A DNA stretch of 64,000 nt. Source: a bacterium. GTDB lineage: Bacteria; Patescibacteriota; Saccharimonadia; Saccharimonadales; SZUA-47. Shown here piece after piece: positions 59,946 through 64,000 of the stretch. A program made the translations under genes and the position numbers. Positions within the stretch are counted from its first letter, which is position 1, and the number at the start of each line of letters is the position of its first letter. Below the pieces are notes generated by a model. The model did no database searches. It worked only from the letters and a program-made list of their open reading frames with translations, and was not told the DNA's origin. The stretch lies in contig JAUIBQ010000001.1 of the NCBI GenBank assembly GCA_030427445.1, positions 25,782 through 89,781 of the forward strand, read 5' to 3'.

Positions 59946-60596
59946 ATGCTAACGGCTTTTCTATTTGTTCTGTTGTTCTTTTTATTTATTGTTCTTTTAA
60001 TTGCCTCAACAGTATTACAGAGTAGATCATTCATAGGAAAAAGTGGCGAAAACTTCATAGCGCATAAACTACAAAGGCTCGATCAGTCAAAGTACAAGGT
60101 ACTTAATAATATTGTGCTTTCTTCTAATGGCAATACAGACACTACTCAGATAGACCATATCGTAGTTTCAGTTTACGGCATTTTTTGCATTGAAACTAAA
60201 ATGCATAAAGGTTGGATCTTTGGAAGTGTACATAAAAAATATTGGACACAAGTACTCTACAAAAAGAAATACAGATTGTATAACCCGTTGAGACAAAATT
60301 ATGCACACATAAAATCTTTAGAATTTCTGCTAGGAGAGAAAATTAAATCTCCTATAATTTCATTAGTCGCTTTCCCTAGGGCATCAAGACTTAAAATAGA
60401 TGACCTCAAATTGATATCTAATGGCCAGGGGACTATAGCGAATCTACTTAAATACCAGGATGTTATTTATGATCAGACAGAAATCCAAACAATATACGAA
60501 GTGATAAAAAACTCTTCTATCAAAGATAAAGAAATAGATGCGGAGCACATAAGACAGATAAGAAACATTACTAATCTTTCATCAAATAATAACTAA
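59946..60596 (+). CDS. NERD (nuclease-related) domain protein with N-terminal TM
   Basis: GKSGE, TQIDHIVVS, IETK, NPLRQN. Confidence 0.92.
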   Translation: MLTAFLFVLLFFLFIVLLIASTVLQSRSFIGKSGENFIAHKLQRLDQSKYKVLNNIVLSSNGNTDTTQIDHIVVSVYGIFCIETKMHKGWIFGSVHKKYWTQVLYKKKYRLYNPLRQNYAHIKSLEFLLGEKIKSPIISLVAFPRASRLKIDDLKLISNGQGTIANLLKYQDVIYDQTEIQTIYEVIKNSSIKDKEIDAEHIRQIRNITNLSSNNN

Positions 60597-60605
60597 AATA
60601 CACGA

Positions 60606-60925
60606 CAGCAAATTATGTATTTGTACAGATTCCTCAGGGTCCGGGATATAAAAGATTTTGCTTTCGACGATATTCGTTCGTAAAAATCACAAGAATTGCA
60701 GCAGCTCTTGGAGGAAGTGAAACGCCTAGCGTAAGCCTTGTGTTGTTTTACAACGAATTCATAGCCAAGCAATAATCCCAATCCCGGTGGTTTGCTACTT
60801 TGACATGCAAAGTAGTTCAAAAAATATTATTAAAAATGATTTGTTTTTTGTACTATCTCAATAGTGTTTTTATGACCGGGTGCGGCTCTTTTGCTTACTT
60901 TTGCACCTGCAGCTAAAAGTACCGC
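60606..60925 (-). repeat. Long structured mosaic repeat, copy V (inverted)
   Basis: GCAAATTATGTATTTG, GGAGGAAGTGAAACGCCT (shared with copy I), CAATAGTGTTTTTATGAC...TTTTGCTTACTTTTGCACCTG (shared with copy III). Confidence 0.8.
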
Positions 60926-61121
60926 TGGTCAAGGGTGAGAAATCCCAGCGATATTTCGCAAGGCAGTCAACACCTGAGAACTTGTTTCATAGCAGTTGTT
61001 GCGGGGTCGCGGAACGTGACGGCATTGCTCTTTATATAAAATAAATCTCGGCGCTTTGGTACTTTGGCGTACAAAGTAAGATTCAGTGTACAATAGTACT
61101 AATGCTAAACACCACACATAC

Positions 61122-62345
61122 ATGGCGAAGCTAAAACGAACAATCACTTGGAAGATGCTGACGCTGTACGGGCTCGGCAATATTTTGGGCGCTGGCATCT
61201 ACGTCCTCATCGGCGAAGTCGCACAAGAAGCAGGCGACGCGCTGTTATGGTCATTCGTAGGAGCGGGAATAGTCGCGAGCTTCACCGCCATCACGTACGG
61301 GGCACTATCAAGTGAATATCCTGTCAGTGCTGGCGCTGCCATCTACACCGAACGAGCCTTCAAATCAAAAAAATGGAGTACGATCATCGGCCTTGCGATG
61401 GCGTTAACGGCAATTGTATCTGCAAGCGCTCTACTAAACGGCTTCAATAACTATTTCCAGGAGCTGCTGAGCAACCTTGGCGTTACTGTGAGTATACCGT
61501 CACCAGTAGTCATATTGACTCTACTAGCTCTACTCGGTTGGCTCGCACTACGAGGCATTGGTGAATCTACAAAATTTGCAGTCATCCTAACGCTGCTTGA
61601 GACGGGCGGACTACTCATGATTATCGGAGCAGCCACGCTCTACGGTAATCCAGTCAGTGCGCTAGAGACATCAGTTTCATCGCTCGGGTCTGTAACACCG
61701 TTAGCCATAGTGCTCGGATCATTTGTGGCATTCTATGCATTCATCGGATTCGAAGACATGGTGAACGTCGCAGAAGAGGTAAAACAACCAAAGAAGCAGA
61801 TGAAACGAGGTATGTTATCAGCGCTCAGCATTGCTGTACTCCTCTATATAGCAACAGTCATCGCGTCACTCGCCATCTTGCCAAGCAGTGAACTGGCAGC
61901 GAGCAGTGCACCGCTCGCAGACGTATGGCAAGCGGCCACGAATAGCAGCCTCCCAATAATCACGATCATCGGCATCATTGCCATTACGAACGGAGCCTTA
62001 ATCGGTATTATTACTGCGTCACGAATCCTCTACGGACTCGCAAGGGAAGGGTGGATTACAAAGACATTCGCACAGATCTCTCCAAAAACAAATACACCAA
62101 CCTATGCGAGCTACACGATACTTGCGCTCATCGCCGTTGCTTCTGTAGCATTACCTCTCGGCACGCTGGCACAAATTACAAGCTTCATTCTGCTGCTTAT
62201 ATTCACCTTTGTTCAGATATCCGCTATCAAGCTCAAGCGGCAACACGGCTTACCGCAACTGAAGTACTACATTCCGATACTCGGCCTCATAGCCAACGTT
62301 GGCGTCATCGCTGTACAAATCCTCGCTTGGCTACACATCGTATAG
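61122..62345 (+). CDS. APC family amino acid permease
   Basis: GNILGAGIY, FYAFIGFED, SRILYGLAREG. Confidence 0.93.
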   Translation: MAKLKRTITWKMLTLYGLGNILGAGIYVLIGEVAQEAGDALLWSFVGAGIVASFTAITYGALSSEYPVSAGAAIYTERAFKSKKWSTIIGLAMALTAIVSASALLNGFNNYFQELLSNLGVTVSIPSPVVILTLLALLGWLALRGIGESTKFAVILTLLETGGLLMIIGAATLYGNPVSALETSVSSLGSVTPLAIVLGSFVAFYAFIGFEDMVNVAEEVKQPKKQMKRGMLSALSIAVLLYIATVIASLAILPSSELAASSAPLADVWQAATNSSLPIITIIGIIAITNGALIGIITASRILYGLAREGWITKTFAQISPKTNTPTYASYTILALIAVASVALPLGTLAQITSFILLLIFTFVQISAIKLKRQHGLPQLKYYIPILGLIANVGVIAVQILAWLHIV

Positions 62346-62459
62346 CACAGCCCGGGGTCTGGGGCATACAAGCATTGATGCCGATTCTGGTGTTCTTTCT
62401 CCATCAGTTTGGATCCTGATTGGTGAGATTGGAAATCGGTAGATTTCCGAGAACATCCG

Positions 62460-62756
62460 CATTTCCGGGGGTATGGGGTTAAGGTATTTTACTCATGCAA
62501 ATAATATTTGCGTTTATCTCGCTCTAGCAAAACGCTTGCAGTGTGATGCAGAAATGAGCGAATCATTGCTGAGGACCAGCCCAAAAAAAGTAACTAAAAT
62601 AGCTTTTTGGGCCGCCCCTTGCGGGCGTTCCGCAAGCACGTTCATTTCAAGCCATCGGTGCAAAGCTGTTTTGATAGTCGCGAGCGGGGGTTTTTGCTTA
62701 CTTTTGGACCTGCAGGTAAAAGTAAGTCATGGGTGCAGGGGCGAAGCCGCCCGCAT
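62460..62756 (-). repeat. Long structured mosaic repeat, copy VI (inverted)
   Basis: GGGGGTTTTTGCTTACTTTTGGACCTGCAGGTAAAAGTAAGTCATGGGTGCAGGGGCGAAGCCGCCCGCA is the reverse complement of the copy III start. Confidence 0.85.
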
Positions 62757-62765
62757 CAATAAATT

Positions 62766-62812
62766 AAATGGTGTGAAAATATAAGGAGTTAAAATATCAA
62801 ACGGCGTGAATA
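62766..62812 (+). repeat. 47-bp dispersed repeat, copy 9
   Basis: AAATGGTGTGAAAATATAAGGAGTTAAAATATCAAACGGCGTGAATA. Confidence 0.85.
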
Positions 62813-62914
62813 TTTCGTTTAAAAGCTCGTGCAGTAAATATAGTTTAAATTAAAGTAAAATTATTTAACAATATTGACACTGATACAATTTATCTGTTAT
62901 AATAGCTTTTCGAT

Positions 62915-64000
62915 ATGAAATCCTATACTTACGACTTTGACACAGGAACCGTACCTGGACTAGAAGACAGAAAACATGAAGTAGATCTTCTAAATCTGGG
63001 CGATATAGATAACATGATTATCGAGAGTCTCGGTGCAGCAGCAGCTTATACCGATCGCAGTGATACTATTAGTGAGTGTTTAGAAGCGTCAGAAAGACTT
63101 TCTGGCTTACTATATGTTGTAGAAGAATTTGTAGACGAAGTAGACGATGGAATGGTAGAGCGAGTGGAGCCAGTCGCATCCTCGAGGGTTACAACTCATC
63201 GTAATATGCTAGGAACTCATAGCAAGATACTTTCCGGTTTAAATGGGGATAGAGACTGGTATTATATGGGGGATCAAGAGAATGTAAGGGAGCTTGCGGA
63301 ATCAACGATTACGCATGTTGATCCTACTAGCATAGTTTCGAGATCATGGGTTGATTTATTAGTGGGCTCAGAAGAACTCGATACACTTTTATCGACAACC
63401 TACTTCATGCACCATCTAGAAAAGATGAAGTGTAGTGCTAGAAGAATAAGTACATTGGTACCGGGTAAGTTTACTGATGTTCTCCAGTCTATCCATGACG
63501 AAGCACCTGTATTTAAAATGACAGCTACGGGCACTAGACCATTAGATCACGATGAAGTGTTAGGTTTACTGCATTTTAACGAAAGAGAGAGTTGGAAGGA
63601 CAGCGCAACTCAAGATAAAATTGCCGTGCATTCACGAAACCTTCTAAACTTAATTATCGAATTATCAGAAAATCCGGACAAAATATACACTGAAGGGCTG
63701 CATCACAGTAATCAACAACGAACAGAGCTGCTCGTGCATGGCTTCGTAGATGACACTATTGCTGAAAGACATAGCGAATACTTTACACCACTCTCAGGTG
63801 CAAAAAAAAGAAAGAAGCGACTTTCACAATATGCAAAACGTCAAAAAGAAATTGATGGATTGCTGCCATCTACAAAGCCAGAGAGAGTAGAAAAGATAAC
63901 CGTAGAAGAGCCAGAGCGACCCGATAGCGGTTCAGCAGAAAATGAAAATATTAGGGAAATCGAGTTAGTGTTTCCTTGGATTGGTGAAGATCCAAAGCCC
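62915..64000 (+). CDS. Hypothetical protein, truncated by the window end (absent from the ORF track)
   Basis: Frame MKSYTYDFDTG... stays open to the end; TTGACA (62874) and TATAAT (62898) promoter. Confidence 0.7.
   Translation, partial: MKSYTYDFDTGTVPGLEDRKHEVDLLNLGDIDNMIIESLGAAAAYTDRSDTISECLEASERLSGLLYVVEEFVDEVDDGMVERVEPVASSRVTTHRNMLGTHSKILSGLNGDRDWYYMGDQENVRELAESTITHVDPTSIVSRSWVDLLVGSEELDTLLSTTYFMHHLEKMKCSARRISTLVPGKFTDVLQSIHDEAPVFKMTATGTRPLDHDEVLGLLHFNERESWKDSATQDKIAVHSRNLLNLIIELSENPDKIYTEGLHHSNQQRTELLVHGFVDDTIAERHSEYFTPLSGAKKRKKRLSQYAKRQKEIDGLLPSTKPERVEKITVEEPERPDSGSAENENIREIELVFPWIGEDPKP

Noticed and set aside
60593..62784. ORFs 60593-60820 (-), 60929-61198 (-), 62051-62419 (+) and 62473-62784 (+)
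   Set aside because: They overlap structured repeats or the permease gene and show no protein-like motifs.
48256..62812. Classical integron
   Set aside because: No IntI in the window, the repeats lack RYYYAAC...GTTRRRY ends, and the genes carry their own promoters.
1..64000. Alternative genetic code (TGA read as Gly or Trp) or a prophage
   Set aside because: Conserved genes are intact in code 11 and some, such as dcd, end in TGA; no phage structural, terminase or integrase genes were seen.

Overview
A 64-kb bacterial chromosome segment in standard code 11 (TGA is used as a stop; tRNA-Trp has a CCA anticodon). Gene content and style suggest a Patescibacteria/CPR genome, probably Saccharibacteria; this is an inference. 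The left two-thirds is a housekeeping backbone interleaved with orphan ORFs: tRNA-Trp, secE-nusG-rplK, rplA (frameshifted near its 3' end), dcd, a tmk-thyX fusion, rplJ-rplL, tdk, dnaX-dnaB, ybaB-recR-nrnA-cysS, glycosyltransferases and D,D-carboxypeptidases. From tRNA-Gln (40.3 kb) onward the region is accessory, ending in an island with radC, a Sau3AI-like restriction-modification pair, a MazG-like protein, a NERD protein and an APC permease. The most unusual signals are non-coding: (1) tRNA-3'-end-derived hairpin repeat units behind both tRNA genes, with fully covarying stems; (2) nine gap-free copies of a 47-bp repeat that often starts on a stop codon, one copy sitting in frame inside tmk-thyX; (3) six mosaic structured repeats (~150-450 bp) separating genes at 53.4-62.8 kb; (4) a putative RNase toxin facing a convergent ~48-nt hairpin RNA with its own promoter and terminator; (5) a lone GATC placed in the -35 box of the methyltransferase promoter. 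Many genes appear leaderless. No integrase, transposase or CRISPR array was seen. All product calls come from motif recognition by eye, not database searches.
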